From the NCBI GenBank assembly GCA_964016885.1, contig OZ024748.1:42346001-42410000 (forward strand): a stretch of 64,000 nt of DNA, read 5' to 3'. The notes under the pieces were generated by a model. The model was given only the letters and a program-made list of their open reading frames with translations, made no database searches and had not been told where the DNA came from. This DNA is from Eledone cirrhosa. Lineage: Eukaryota. The position numbers and the translations under genes are program-made. This document shows positions 1 to 12,800 of the stretch, piece by piece (the stretch's first letter is position 1; every line of letters starts with the position of its first letter).

Positions 1-100
1 TACCATTATCAACAAGGATAAAATGTGAGTGATTAGGATCTAAGGGGCTGACTTTTTTGTTATGGTCATTTGTGATGAAATATTTTGCAGGCCAAGATCC
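1..100 (-). CDS. TRPM2-like channel exon (MHR1/2), runs off the window edge
   Basis: Acceptor ttttctag at 101-108; phase 0; translates GSWPAKYFITNDHNKKVSPLDPNHSHFILVDNG, containing the TRPM LDxNHSHFILVD motif. Confidence 0.93.
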
Positions 101-239
101 CTAGAAAACAATGACAATATTGTAGATGTTATAATTATCATTACATTCATCACACTCATTATTCAATATATATATATATATAATAAATACAGAAGCACAA
201 TAACAACAAACACATATAAACACACACTAGTAAACTAAG

Positions 240-1491
240 ATCATCATCATCATCATCATCATCACCGTTTTACGTCCTTCTTCCACGCTAGCATGGGTTA
301 GACGGGTTGTCCTGTTGTGAGCAGTGTCTGGTCGGCTGACCATGCCTTGCTCATACAGGAACTGATTTTGGCTTGATTTCTGCAGCTGGATGTCCTTCCT
401 AACACCAACCTCATTTACAATGAGTGCTAGGTGCTTTTTCGTGGCGCCTACATGTCCACTTTACAGTGTGGGCTGGGTGCTTTTTTGCCGTGGCACCTCC
501 ACGACCACTTTGCAGTGGGAGGGTGTGGGGGCATATTGTCTATATGCTTCAGCGTGTACCCATGGGAGGTCGGGTACTCTGTATTACTGTGTGACGCCAG
601 AGGTCACGGTCGTGTGTCATCGCCTTTGAGAAGTGTAATTGGGTAAGGTCGGCTTTTATCACCTCATCCCAGGTCATCTTGGGTCTCCCCACTCCGCGGT
701 TTCCATCGACTTCTAGTGCTCTGCACCTTTTTATGCAGCTGTCATCCTTCATACGCATCACATGTCCATACCAACGCAACCGCCTCTCCTGCACACAGCA
801 TTTGATTCCTCTTATGCTCAGTCTCTCTCTCAATTCATTTATGCTTTGTCGTTCGCGTATATTACTATTACACATCCATCGGAGCATGCAGGCTTCGTTT
901 CTCTCTAATCTACGTAAGTCTTCCACCTTCAGCGCCCAGGTCTCACCACCATGTAACATTGCTGTTCGGATACATGCATCATACAGTCTGCCTTTCATTC
1001 TGAGGGAGAAGCCTTTTGCAGCTAGCAGTGGTAGTAGTTCCCTGAACTTCTTCCATCCCGTTCTTACCCTAGTTATTGTACTTTCTGAACACCCACCTCC
1101 GCTGCTAATTCGGTCACTTAGGTAGCAGAAGCTGTCTACTGTCTCTACAGGGCCCTCCCAGAGATTGGTGGTACTTGTTTCCTGTGGCTGTTTGCTGCTT
1201 GCTGTCCCAGTACAGCTGCTACATGTGAAGCCTACATTCTTAATTAAGCTTCCTGAGATCCCGCTACATCTCTTGTGTACCCATTGTTTGCATTTGGGGC
1301 AGAGAATGGAGTTCCTACCTACACCTTTCCTACATACTGAGCAAGGCCATTTCCCTGAGGGGATCTGGGTTCTGTTTTCTCATCTACTTACAAGGGCCTT
1401 AGTCTTTGTCATGTTGACTTTGAGACCCTTTCTTTCTAGTCCCTGCTTCCAAGTTTGGAATTTCTTCTCTAGTTCTACCATAGATTCAGCT
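240..1491 (-). mobile_element. RTE-clade LINE, 5'-truncated and frameshifted
   Basis: RT C-terminal motifs (RRLRWYGHVMRM, GRPKxTW), PHD-like Cys cluster, 3'UTR and (GAT)n tail at 240-264. Confidence 0.92.
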
Positions 1492-1651
1492 ATTGTATTC
1501 TATAAGATAGAATACAATAACCAAAACACAGTCACCCAAACGCGAACACACATCAAACACTATACACACACACAAACGCATGCGTAGAGAAGAAGACAAA
1601 AATAAATAAATAAATAAACAGATTAAATAAAGATGGCGTAGACATACAATA

Positions 1652-3835
1652 CAATAGAGGGACCAGCAGTGTTAGTTGAAGGTAGTATAATAAGTAAGGC
1701 AATCAAAGATATGAAGACGGGTAAGGCGGCTGGGCCTTCGGAAATAGTTGCTGAGATGCTGAAGGCATCTGGTTCGGTGGGACACACCATGGTCACCCGG
1801 ATAGTTAACCAAGTCGTACAGAATGGGGTTGTTCCGAAGGAATGGCGTAGCAGCATCATCGTTAACTGCTATAAGGGAAAAGGAGATGCCCTAGATAGGA
1901 GTAACTATAGAGGCATTAAATTAATCGACCAGGTCATGAAGGTCACGGAAAAAGTAATAGCGCAACTAATCAGAGAGAGAATTGATCTAGATGAAATGCA
2001 GTTCGGGTTTGTGTCAGGCAAAAGTACCACAGACGCTCTTTTCATTGTACGACAACTACAGGAGAAGTACCTAGCTAAAAGTAAACCCCTATACTTAGCT
2101 TTCGTCGACTTGGAGAAAGCCTTCGACAGAGTCCCCCGTTCCATTATCTGGTGGTCTCTTAGAAAACTAGGTGTTGACGAATGGCTTGTGAGAGCTATAC
2201 AAGCCATGTATAAAGAAACAGTCAGTAAGGTTAGAATTAACAACGAATATAGTGAAGAGTTTAGCGTAAAAGTTGGTGTCCATCAGGGCTCTGTTCTTAG
2301 CCCCCTACTATTTATTATTGCCCTTCAGGCTATAACAGAGGAGTTCAAGACCGGCTGCCCATGGGAACTCCTATACGCAGATGATCTAACGCTCATAGCT
2401 GAATCAATGACCGAACTAGAGAAGAAATTCCAAACATGGAAGCACGGCCTAGAATCAAAAGGCCTTAAAATTAATCTGGCTAAGACTAAAGTTCTAGTTT
2501 GTAGGAAAGAAAATAACGCGGCGGTCCCATCTGGGAAATGGCCATGCTCAGTGTGTAGGAAAGGCGTAGGTAGAAACTCCATTTTATGTCCCAAATGCAA
2601 AGTATGGGTGCATAAAAGATGTAGTGGGATCACAGGTAAGCTAACTAAGAACATAGATTTTACATGTGGCCGGTGCTCTGGTGCAATAAGTAGCAGCAAG
2701 TGCCCACAAAATACTAGCTTTTTCAACTGCGCAGAGGGTTCTATAGAAATAGTGGACAGCTTCCGTTATCTGGGTGACAAAATCAGCAGTGGGGGAGGGT
2801 GCTCTGAAAGTACAGTAGCTAGAGTCAGAACTGGATGGAAAAAGTTCAGAGAGCTTATACCACTATTAGCCGCTAGAGGGTTCTCCCTAAAAATGAAAGG
2901 CAGGTTATACGATGCCTGCATACGAACAGCAATGCTGCATGGCAGTGAGACCTGGGCATTGTGTGCAGAGGATATACGCAGACTAGAGAGGAACGAAGCT
3001 TGCATGCTCCGCTGGATGTGCAATAGTAATATACGTGAACGGCAAAGCATAAACGAACTAAGGAAAAAATTAGAAATAAGAGGGATCAGATGTTGTTTAC
3101 TCGAGAGAAGGCTACGTTGGTACGGTCACGTGATGCGCATGAAAGACGACAGCTGTATAACAAAGTGCAGGGCAATAAAGATAGACGGTAGCCACGGAGT
3201 AGGCAGACCCAGAAAAACATGGGACGAGCTGATAAATTCCGACCTCACACGCTTACACCTCTCCAAGACAATGTCACTGGACCGAGACCTTTGGCGGTAC
3301 TCAGTAATAGAGAAGACCCGCCTTACCTAAATACAAAGTAAAAACCTACTACAGTCAGTAGGCATCTCTATCAAAACACACCCCCGTCCCACCACCTCCA
3401 CCCCACCCACACCACCCCTTTCAATGTAAAGTTATGTTGGTCCCACAACATCCAGGCCGAAACAAATGAGATCGTGTAGGTGTCACGACAAAAAACACAC
3501 AGTCCACGCTGTAAATGTGGCCGTGTAGGCAACACGGTAAAAACCTCCCAGCCCCACACTGTAAATGTGGTTGGTGTTAGGAAGGGCATCCAGCTGTAGA
3601 AAACCCGCCAGACAGTCCACGCTGTAATGTGGCCGTGTAGGCAACACGGTAAAAACCTCCCAGCCCCACACTGTAAATGTGGTTGGTGTTAGGAAGGGCA
3701 TCCAACTGTAGAAAACCCGCCAGACAGTCCTATGCGAGCAAGACAACCACTCTTGCCTCAAGTGGGAAAACCCCCGTCCAAACCCATGCAAGCGTGGAAC
3801 ACGGACGCTAAACCTGATGATGATGATGATGATGA
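1652..3835 (+). mobile_element. RTE-clade LINE, 5'-truncated, open RT-PHD frame 1669-3330
   Basis: NYRGIKL, FVDLEKAFDRV, GVHQGSVLSPLLF, YADD motifs; 3'UTR with an internal ~110-bp duplication; (GAT)n tail. Confidence 0.96.
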
Positions 3836-4610
3836 TTAATAAATGAAAAATATTCTCATAATCAAAATATATATTTTATTATACATATTTCAAAGGTACA
3901 ATGGTGTTTAAGTACATTTTCATCAGATAAAATATATAAGATTGGATATGGGACATACCGCTACGGTTTTGATTATTCAATTCCAATAGTGGCAGTGATT
4001 TATTTCACCAACCCTCAACTTTTTTATACCACAAATAATTGTTTCTACTTTTGGCACAAGGCCAGCAATTACCCACTTCATTACTGGTACTTTATTTTAT
4101 CGACCCCGTAAGGATGAAAGGCAAAGTTAACCTCGGCAGGATTTGAACTTATACCACAAATAATATGATAAATTTAGAGAAGAGGACGTAGAGCAAGGTA
4201 GAAATATAGAAGGGGAGTTGAGATGGAAGATGTGAAGAAAAAGAAGGGAAATAAACAAATAAATAAATAAAATAAATAAATGAATAAAAGAAGAAAAAAA
4301 ATGTAGAGAGTATAAAAACGTTGAGGGTTGGTGAAATAAATCACTGCCACTATTGGAATTGAATAATCAAAACCGTAGCGGTATGTCGCATATCCAATCT
4401 TGTATATTTTATCTGATGAAAACGTACTTAAACACCATTGTACCTTTGAAATATGTATAATAAAATATATATTTTGATTATGAGAATATTTTTCATTTAT
4501 TAATATTTTGAATAATATTAAATACTCCACCAAAAATTCTGTCGACTGCTTCTAATCTATTGTAAAATTGTATTCGTTGAATAATCAACTAACCATATAA
4601 ATCTTTGGTC
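3835..4610. mobile_element. Fold-back element (inverted PLE-type pLTRs) with a hammerhead in each arm
   Basis: Arms ~3835-4030 and ~4310-4504 are reverse complements; truncated SINE with TSD ttataccacaaataat in the spacer; right arm extends to a (TA)n tract. Confidence 0.8.
4403..4469 (+). ncRNA. Minimal type I hammerhead ribozyme (mirror copy 3870-3936, minus)
   Basis: tatattttat-CTGATGA-stem II-GAAA-tatgta-TA-ataaaatata; perfect 10-bp stem I. Confidence 0.85.
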
Positions 4611-4814
4611 ATATATATATATATATACATGTGTGTGTGTGTTAAGTATTTCCATAGAAAAGGTAAAGGAAAGAAGAGTGCTCTATGTATAGAACAGAGC
4701 TATTTAATTACATAATAAACAACACAATATAATTATTCCATTACCAAAGGTTTCAGGAAATTAGTCAATCTTTACAGAAATGTCCAGGCCGTTTATCAGA
4801 TGAAATAGTTAACT

Positions 4815-5115
4815 AGTTTAGAGTGTGTACTGTAATAATATAGAGTTATGTAAATATTAAAGAATCAAGGTATGGTCTAGTGTAGTTTAGAGTGTGTACT
4901 GTAATAATATAGAGTTATGTAAATATTAAAGAGACAAGGTATGGTCTAGTGTAGTTTAGAGTGTGTACTTTAATAATATAGAGTAATGTAAATATTAAAG
5001 AGTCAAGGTATGGTGTAGTGTAGTTTAGAGTGTGTACTGTAATAATATGGAGTTATGTAAATATTAAAGAGTCAAGTTATGGTCTAGTGTAGTTTAGAGT
5101 GTGTACTGTAATAAT
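4815..5115. repeat. ~69-bp minisatellite, ~4.5 units
   Basis: Repeated tagtgtagtttagagtgtgtactgtaataatatagagttatgtaaatattaaagagtcaaggtatggtc next to a TRPM splice donor. Confidence 0.9.
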
Positions 5116-5164
5116 ATTTGAAGTTAAAAATGAATAAAGTAAAAAATAATAGTGAGAAATTCAC

Positions 5165-5328
5165 CTCTTTTTTCTCTAATAATTCTTTAAATTGTACACA
5201 TCCCCATGGAGCGATGCCTATTGCTACCACCTTATCCTTGCCAGACAACACAAATCCATAATCTCGGATAGCTTCTCCCACATGTTTCATGACTCCGGCA
5301 TGTAACCCAGCACTTGTGACCCAGGCAC
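5165..5328 (-). CDS. TRPM2-like channel exon (MHR1/2)
   Basis: ttttacag acceptor and gtgaat donor; 164 nt, phase 1 to 0; (G)AWVTSAGLHAGVMKHVGEAIRDYGFVLSGKDKVVAIGIAPWGCVQFKELLEKKE. Confidence 0.95.
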
Positions 5329-5490
5329 CTGTAAAACAAAGAAATTATTAAAGACATACGTTTCAAAAAGATTGGTACGTGGCAGAAAAAGGATAATAGT
5401 TCTGAAATATCATATTGAAATATTCTGGCTAAAACATTACTTTGTTTTGTTTAAAAGGTCATCTTTTGTATTTTATATATTTTTATCATA

Positions 5491-6245
5491 TTGTAAATGT
5501 GGTTGGTGTTAGGAAGGGCATCCAACCATAGAAACCTGCTATATCTGGTGGTGATAGGAAGGGCATCCAACCATAGAAACCTGCTATATCTGGTGGTGAT
5601 AGGAAGGGCATCCAACCATAGAAACCTGCTATGTCTGGTGGTGATAGAAAGGGTATCCAACCATAGAAACCGGCTATATCTGGTGGTGATAGAAAGGGCA
5701 TCCAACCATAGAAACCTGCTATGTCTGGTGGTGCTAGGAAGGGCATCCAACCATAGAAACCTGCTATGTCTTGTGGTGTTAGGAAGGGCATCCAACCATA
5801 GAAACCTGCTATGTCTTGTGGTGTTAGGAAGGGCATCCAACCATAGAAACCTGCTATGTCTTGTGGTGTTAGGAAGGGTATCCAACCATAGAAACCTGCT
5901 ATGTCTGGTGGTGATAGGAAGGGTATCCAACCATAGAAACCTGCTATATCTGGTGGTGATAGGAAGGGTATCCAACCATAGAAACCTGCTATGTCTGGTG
6001 GTGCTAGGAAGGGCATCCAACCATGCCAAAATAGTCAGCTAGGCTGTAAAATCTCAGAGGTTTGTGACAGTCTAATCTATGTCAAGAAGGAAAATAGACG
6101 TAAATTGGTGATATACAGTCCTATACGAGTGAGACACGGTCACCTGATCAATCTTGCCTCAAGTGGGACAATTTCCGTCTAACCCATGCTAGAGTGGAAG
6201 ATTGACGTTAAACAATGACGACGATGAAGATGATGATGATAATGA
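5491..6245 (+). repeat. RTE 3'UTR fragment expanded into a 45-bp minisatellite (5505-6022)
   Basis: Unit ggtgttaggaagggcatccaaccatagaaacctgctatgtctggt contains the RTE 3'UTR core; RTE terminus aacccatgctag...gacgttaaac follows at ~6180-6215. Confidence 0.85.
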
Positions 6246-6810
6246 TGGTGGCAGTAGTGGTGGTGGTGGTGGAGATGATGATGATGATGATGATGATGGT
6301 GATGGTGGTGATGGTGGTGATGGTGGTGATGGTGGTGGTGGTGGTGGTGGCAATGGAGAAGATGGTGGTGGTGGTGGTGGTGGTGATGGAGAAGATGGTG
6401 GTGGTGGTGGTGGTAGTGATGGAGATGGAGATGATGATGATGATGATGGCGATGATGGTGATGGTGGTGATCATGGCGATGGAGATGATGATGATGATGA
6501 TGGTGATGGTGGTGATGGTGGTGATGGTGGTGATGGTGGTGATGGTGGAGGTGGTGGTGGCAATGGAGATGATGGTGGTGGTGGTGGTGGTGGTGGTGAT
6601 GGAGAAGATGGTGGTGGTGGTGGTGATGGAGATGGAGATGATGATGATGATGATGATGATGGCAATGATGGTGATGGTGGTGATGATGGTGGTGATGGCG
6701 ATGGAGATGATGATGATGATGATGGTGGTGATGTAGATGAAGATGTATATGATGATGAAGTTGATGATGATGATGATGTAGATGATGGTGTAGATGATGA
6801 TGATGTAGAT
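6215..6810. repeat. (GAT/GGT)n compound trinucleotide tract
   Basis: Continues from an RTE (GAT)n tail; produces the poly-His/Gly/Asp pseudo-ORFs. Confidence 0.95.
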
Positions 6811-8187
6811 CACAGGTTCTCAACCCATTTAGGCCAAACGCCCCCTTTTGTCCCTTGAAATCACGAAATGCCCCCCTACCCTATTTTTCCATTTTTCAAT
6901 ATACTACTAATTTTGATATCAGTAGATTACTAAAAAATTGATTAACAATATTCCAAAGATACGATTGCAGGCAGCTGAGAGTATAAATACATTCCTTGAA
7001 AGGAAATATATAAATTTCAAAAAAAGGAACATAAATGTTCTTTTTTATGAATAAGGTCCAGTTGAATTTGTTATATTCCCACCACGTGATACCAGCTATT
7101 TTGAACATTTATACAACAGCAACTCTGTCCATCCCAAGAGTGCTCTTATCTGGAAGAAAGTGGCAATTATATAATTTCAAAGCTTTTCAATTTTCCCTTT
7201 AACGAAATGGACAGAATAAATGTTGATATCTAACTTGATGTCCCCTCTGCTTTGTGAGCTTAGAGACCACGGAAGAGGGTTTTCATGACCATGCGGGAGG
7301 GTATATTTATTAGTAAATGGTAAAATATATACAACACATGAGTAATTGAATTGTAGTAGATGGTTTCCAGTCCAGTCAGACTGCAACTACAAATAAAAAA
7401 ATTGTTAGTTTGCTTTGTAACAATAGCATATCCAAGTTTTCGGATAAATCAACTTACTTTAACTTTGACTCATTTCAATGGGACCCTTGAGCTTCATGGA
7501 GTCTAGCTAACGCTTTGTCGTGAGGCTGAATTTTTCTAAGATGTAGCCAGAGATCTCCACGTGCAATTACATTGTAGCAGTTGCGAGCCTTACTGTGCAG
7601 TCTGGAAACAACACCAAACCTCCTCTTGACTAAGTATGAGCTTTGAAAAGGCAGAGCAAATCTCTTAGCCTCTGCATGTAGGTGTGGAAATCAATGCTGA
7701 ATTTCCTCTTGCATCCCAAAAAGGGATTCACCTATTTTGGGAAATCTAATTTTGATCATGTTATCTGTTTGAAGTTCAATGAATTCTTCCTGAAATTTAA
7801 TGTTGAAATCATCGACGTTAGCTATGAAGTGATCTGCTATCCACATTGGGATGTCCACATTGTTGTGTCCTCGCAGAAACTCAATGATAAAGTCGAAGAG
7901 TTCAAATAAGTGAGTAAAGCACTTGCCCTTTGAAAGCCACCTCACTTCAGTATAAAGGAGCAACTTGACGAATTCTTCGTCATTATCTTGGCACAGTTGC
8001 TAGAAAATTCGTTTATTGAAGGAATGCTGTTTGATAAAATTGATGACATCAATGGCCATCTGCAAGGACTTGCTCAGAGGCTTGCTGAGTTTCTTCGCAG
8101 TCAAGTGTTGTCAATGAATGACACAATGACCAAGCCCTTATGTTGGCCAACCATTGCTCTTGTGTCATCCGTAGCTCATGATACAAT
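6811..8187 (-). mobile_element. Decayed hAT (Buster/Charlie-like) transposon
   Basis: Minus-strand LLLYTEVRWLSKGKC motif (ORF 7691-7963) and nearby broken transposase fragments; possible terminus cacaggttctcaac at 6811. Confidence 0.75.
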
Positions 8188-8625
8188 GTGTGTTGTATGT
8201 GGTCCTAGATGTTTGTATTACCTGTCTGTGTGTTGTATGTAGTCCTAGATGTATGTATTACCTGCTTATGTATTGCATGTGGTCCCAGCTGTATGTATTA
8301 CCTGCTTGTGTGTTGTATGTGGTCCTAGATGTGTGTATTACCTGATTGTGTTGTATGTGGTCCTAGATGTTTGTATTACCTGCTTATGTGTTGTATGTGG
8401 TCCTAGATGTGTGTGCTACCTGATTGTGTTGTATGTGGTCCTAGATGTTTGTATTACCTGATTATCTGTTGTATGTGGTCCTAGATGTTTGTATTACCTG
8501 ATTATGTGTTGTATGTGGTCCTAGATGTGTGTGCTACCTGATTGTGTTGTATGTGGTCCTAGATGTTTGTATTACCTGATTATGTGTTGTATGTGGTCCT
8601 AGATGTGTGTGCTACCCGCTTCTGT
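8186..8625. repeat. ~38-40-bp minisatellite
   Basis: Repeated tgtgttgtatgtggtcctagatgtttgtattacctgatta. Confidence 0.92.
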
Positions 8626-8966
8626 GTTTTTTTATTTTTTTTATTTGTAATATTATTCATACAATAGGGAATAAAATAGATCTACATAGTGTTAACTTGT
8701 TACGGTTGAGTCAATAATTTCAGACATGAAATACATTGTTATCGGTGAAGGAAAGATAAGATTCTAACTGGCTGCGCTCAAAGTGTCCTTAACTCAGTTG
8801 ACTGTGGGTGTTTGCATTTTTAGGATCTCAATTACCGGTTAATATCTCAATTACCGGACACGCCGGCACACCTGCTCACAGCTGCAGTCAGTTATGTGGT
8901 GATAGTGGTGATGGCGATGGAGATGATGATGATGATGATTATGAATATTTTAAGAAAGCTTTCTAC

Positions 8967-9147
8967 CTGTGCTTCTTGCAACTTTCACTAAACCACGTCT
9001 GAAAACTTCTTTAAGACGTGGCTTCATTTGGAAGTTTTTTGCTCCACCAGTCACAGAAATAAGTAAGCTTGGTAATGACAAATTCCATTGAGTTGTTATC
9101 AATTTAATAATAGTTTCCATAGGAGTTTTATGGTCGACGCGTACAAA
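8967..9147 (-). CDS. TRPM2-like channel exon (MHR1/2)
   Basis: catacag acceptor and gtagaa donor; 181 nt, phase 0 to 1; FVRVDHKTPMETIIKLITTQWNLSLPSLLISVTGGAKNFQMKPRLKEVFRRGLVKVARST(G), close to TRPM2 LLISVTGGAKNFNMKPRLK..FRRGLVKVA. Confidence 0.96.
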
Positions 9148-9330
9148 CTGTATGTGAGAAATGAAAGTGTTTTATCAATGTTTGTTAAAAATGTACAATA
9201 CATTACAAAATTACAGTCCATACATTACAAAATTACAAATACATCAGACAAAAGTAGTTAAAAGTATATAAACATGGCTGATCGCATACAAATAAACGGA
9301 TGTTTAAAAAAGCTATCTGTGAACCTGGCA

Positions 9331-9525
9331 ATAATAATTGTTTCTACTTTTGGCACAAGGCCAGCAATTACCCCAGTGTATTACTGGTGCTTTATCTTAT
9401 CAACCCTGTAAGGATGAAAGGCAAAGTTAACCTCGGTGGGATTTGAACACAGAACGTAAAGGGCCATAACACTATGCTGCAAAGTATGGTGTCTGATGCT
9501 CTACCGATCCTGCCAATCCACCAAT
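9331..9525 (-). mobile_element. tRNA-derived SINE family A
   Basis: Same body as 33558-33743; flanked by near-identical TSD aacct(g/t)gcaataataat. Confidence 0.85.
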
Positions 9526-9626
9526 AAAACCTTGCAATAATAATACATTGACTGCCCGGTTACTTATGACTCACTCAGTATATTGACAACAACAAAAAGC
9601 TGGTTTAATTAAAAACAATTATTTAC

Positions 9627-9771
9627 TTTTCCAATTTTCTGCCCACATCCGAAGAATTCTATTTCACCAAATGCATTTGTCTCCTTCGTTTCTGTGTCAT
9701 TCTCTTTATCCCATTCAGAACCGTGTTGCACTGAAGGACTGTGATCTTCCCTTTTATATCCACAGTGACAT
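9627..9771 (-). CDS. TRPM2-like channel exon
   Basis: ttttcag acceptor and gtaaat donor; 145 nt, phase 2 to 0; CHCGYKREDHSPSVQHGSEWDKENDTETKETNAFGEIEFFGCGQKIGK (CxCG...W...TxAFGxI motif). Confidence 0.94.
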
Positions 9772-9818
9772 CTGAAAAGTTAACCTCACTAATATAGTCT
9801 AGAAATGAATATTCTCTA

Positions 9819-12800
9819 CATATGAGGGTTTATTTTTCAATACACGAGGGCTGGATGATAACTTGATAGACTGACCAAGATACTCTCATGGAATGACCAT
9901 ATGAGGGTTTATTTTTCAATACATCAGGGCTGGATGATAACTTGATAGACTGACCAAGATACTCTCATGGAATGACCATATGAGGGTTTATTTTTCAATA
10001 CACGAGGGCTAGATGATAACTTGATAGACTGACCAAGATACTCTCATGGAATGACCATATGAGGGTTTATTTTTCAATACATCAGGGCTGGATGATAACT
10101 TGATAGACTGACCAAGATACTCTCATGGAATGACCATATGAGGGTTTATTTTTCAATACACGAGGGCTAGATGATAACTTGATAGACTGACCAAGATACT
10201 CTCATGGAATGACCATATGAGGGTTTATTTTTCAATACATGAGGGCTAGATGATAACTTGATAGACTGACCAAGATACTCTCATGGAATGACCATATGAG
10301 GGTTTATTTTTCAATACACGAGGGCTAGATGATAACTTGATAGACTGACCAAGATACTCTCATGGAATGACCATATGAGGGTTTATTTTTCAATACACGA
10401 GGGCTAGATGATAACTTGATAGGCTGACCAAGATACTCTCATGGAATGACCATATGAGGGTTTATTTTTCAATACATCAGGGCTGGATGATAACTTGATA
10501 GACTGACCAAGATACTCTCATGGAATGACCATATGAGGGTTTATTTTTCAATACACGAGGGCTAGATGATAACTTGATAGACTGACCAAGATACTCTCAT
10601 GGAATGACCATATGAGGGTTTATTTTTCAATACACGAGGGCTGGATGATAACTTGATAGACTGACCAAGATACTCTCATGGAATGACCATATGAGGGTTT
10701 ATTTTTCAATACATGAGGGCTGGATGATAACTTGATAGACTGACCAAGATACTCTCATGGAATGACCATATGAGGGTTTATTTTTCAATACATGAGGGCT
10801 GGATGATAACTTGATAGACTGACCAAGATACTCTCATGGAATGACCATATGAGGGTTTATTTTTCAATACATGAGGGCTGGATGATAACTTGATAGACTG
10901 ACCAAGATACTCTCATGGAATGACCATATGAGGGTTTATTTTTCAATACATGAGGGCTAGATGATAACTTGATAGGCTGACCAAGATACTCTCATGGAAT
11001 GACCATATGAGGGTTTATTTTTCAATACATGAGGGCTAGATGATAACTTGATAGACTGACCAAGATACTCTCATGGAATGACCATATGAGGGTTTATTTT
11101 TCAATACACGAGGGCTAGATGATAACTTGATAGGCTGACCAAGATACTCTCATGGAATGACCATATGAGGGTTTATTTTTCAATACATGAGGGCTAGATG
11201 ATAACTTGATAGACTGACCAAGATACTCTCATGGAATGACCATATGAGGGTTTATTTTTCAATACATGAGGGCTAGATGATAACTTGATAGGCTGACCAA
11301 GATACTCTCATGGAATGACCATATGAGGGTTTATTTTTCAATACATGAGGGCTAGATGATAACTTGATAGACTGACCAAGATACTCTCATGGAATGACCA
11401 TATGAGGGTTTATTTTTCAATACACGAGGGCTAGATGATAACTTGATAGGCTGACCAAGATACTCTCATGGAATGACCATATGAGGGTTTATTTTTCAAT
11501 ACATGAGGGCTAGATGATAACTTGATAGACTGACCAAGATACTCTCATGGAATGACCATATGAGGGTTTATTTTTCAATACACGAGGGCTAGATGATAAC
11601 TTGATAGGCTGACCAAGATACTCTCATGGAATGACCATATGAGGGTTTATTTTTCAATACATGAGGGCTAGATGATAACTTGATAGACTGACCAAGATAC
11701 TCTCATGGAATGACCATATGAGGGTTTATTTTTCAATACATGAGGGCTAGATGATAACTTGATAGGCTGACCAAGATACTCTCATGGAATGACCATATGA
11801 GGGTTTATTTTTCAATACATGAGGGCTAGATGATAACTTGATAGACTGACCAAGATACTCTCATGGAATGACCATATGAGGGTTTATTTTTCAATACACG
11901 AGGGCTAGATGATAACTTGATAGGCTGACCAAGATACTCTCATGGAATGACCATATGAGGGTTTATTTTTCAATACATGAGGGCTAGATGATAACTTGAT
12001 AGGCTGACCAAGATACTCTCATGGAATGACCATATGAGGGTTTATTTTTCAATACACGAGGGCTAGATGATAACTTGATAGGCTGACCAAGATACTCTCA
12101 TGGAATGACCATATGAGGGTTTATTTTTCAATACATGAGGGCTAGATGATAACTTGATAGGCTGACCAAGATACTCTCATGGAATGACCATATGAGGGTT
12201 TATTTTTCAATACATGAGGGCTAGATGATAACTTGATAGGCTGACCAAGATACTCTCATGGAATGACCATATGAGGGTTTATTTTTCAATACATGAGGGC
12301 TAGATGATAACTTGATAGACTGACCAAGATACTCTCATGGAATGACCATATGAGGGTTTATTTTTCAATACATGAGGGCTAGATGATAACTTGATAGGCT
12401 GACCAAGATACTCTCATGGAATGACCATATGAGGGTTTATTTTTCAATACATGAGGGTTGGATGATAACTTGATAGACTGACCAAGATACTCTCATGGAA
12501 TGACCATATGAGGATTTATTTTTCAATACATGAGGGCTAGATGATAACTTGATAGGCTGACCAAGATACTCTCATGGAATGACCATATGAGGGTTTATTT
12601 TTCAATACATGAGGGTTGGATGATAACTTGATAGACTGACCAAGATACTCTCATGGAATGACCATATGAGGATTTATTTTTCAATACATGAGGGCTAGAT
12701 GATAACTTGATAGGCTGACCAAGATACTCTCATGGAATGACCATATGAGGGTTTATTTTTCAATACATGAGGGTTGGATGATAACTTGATAGACTGACCA

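Noticed and set aside
679-1587. Antisense ORFs recurring opposite RTE copies
   Set aside because: Shadow frames of the RT coding sequence; no independent motifs.
6179-6858. Poly-His / Gly-Asp-rich ORFs
   Set aside because: Translations of a GAT/GGT microsatellite continuing an RTE tail.
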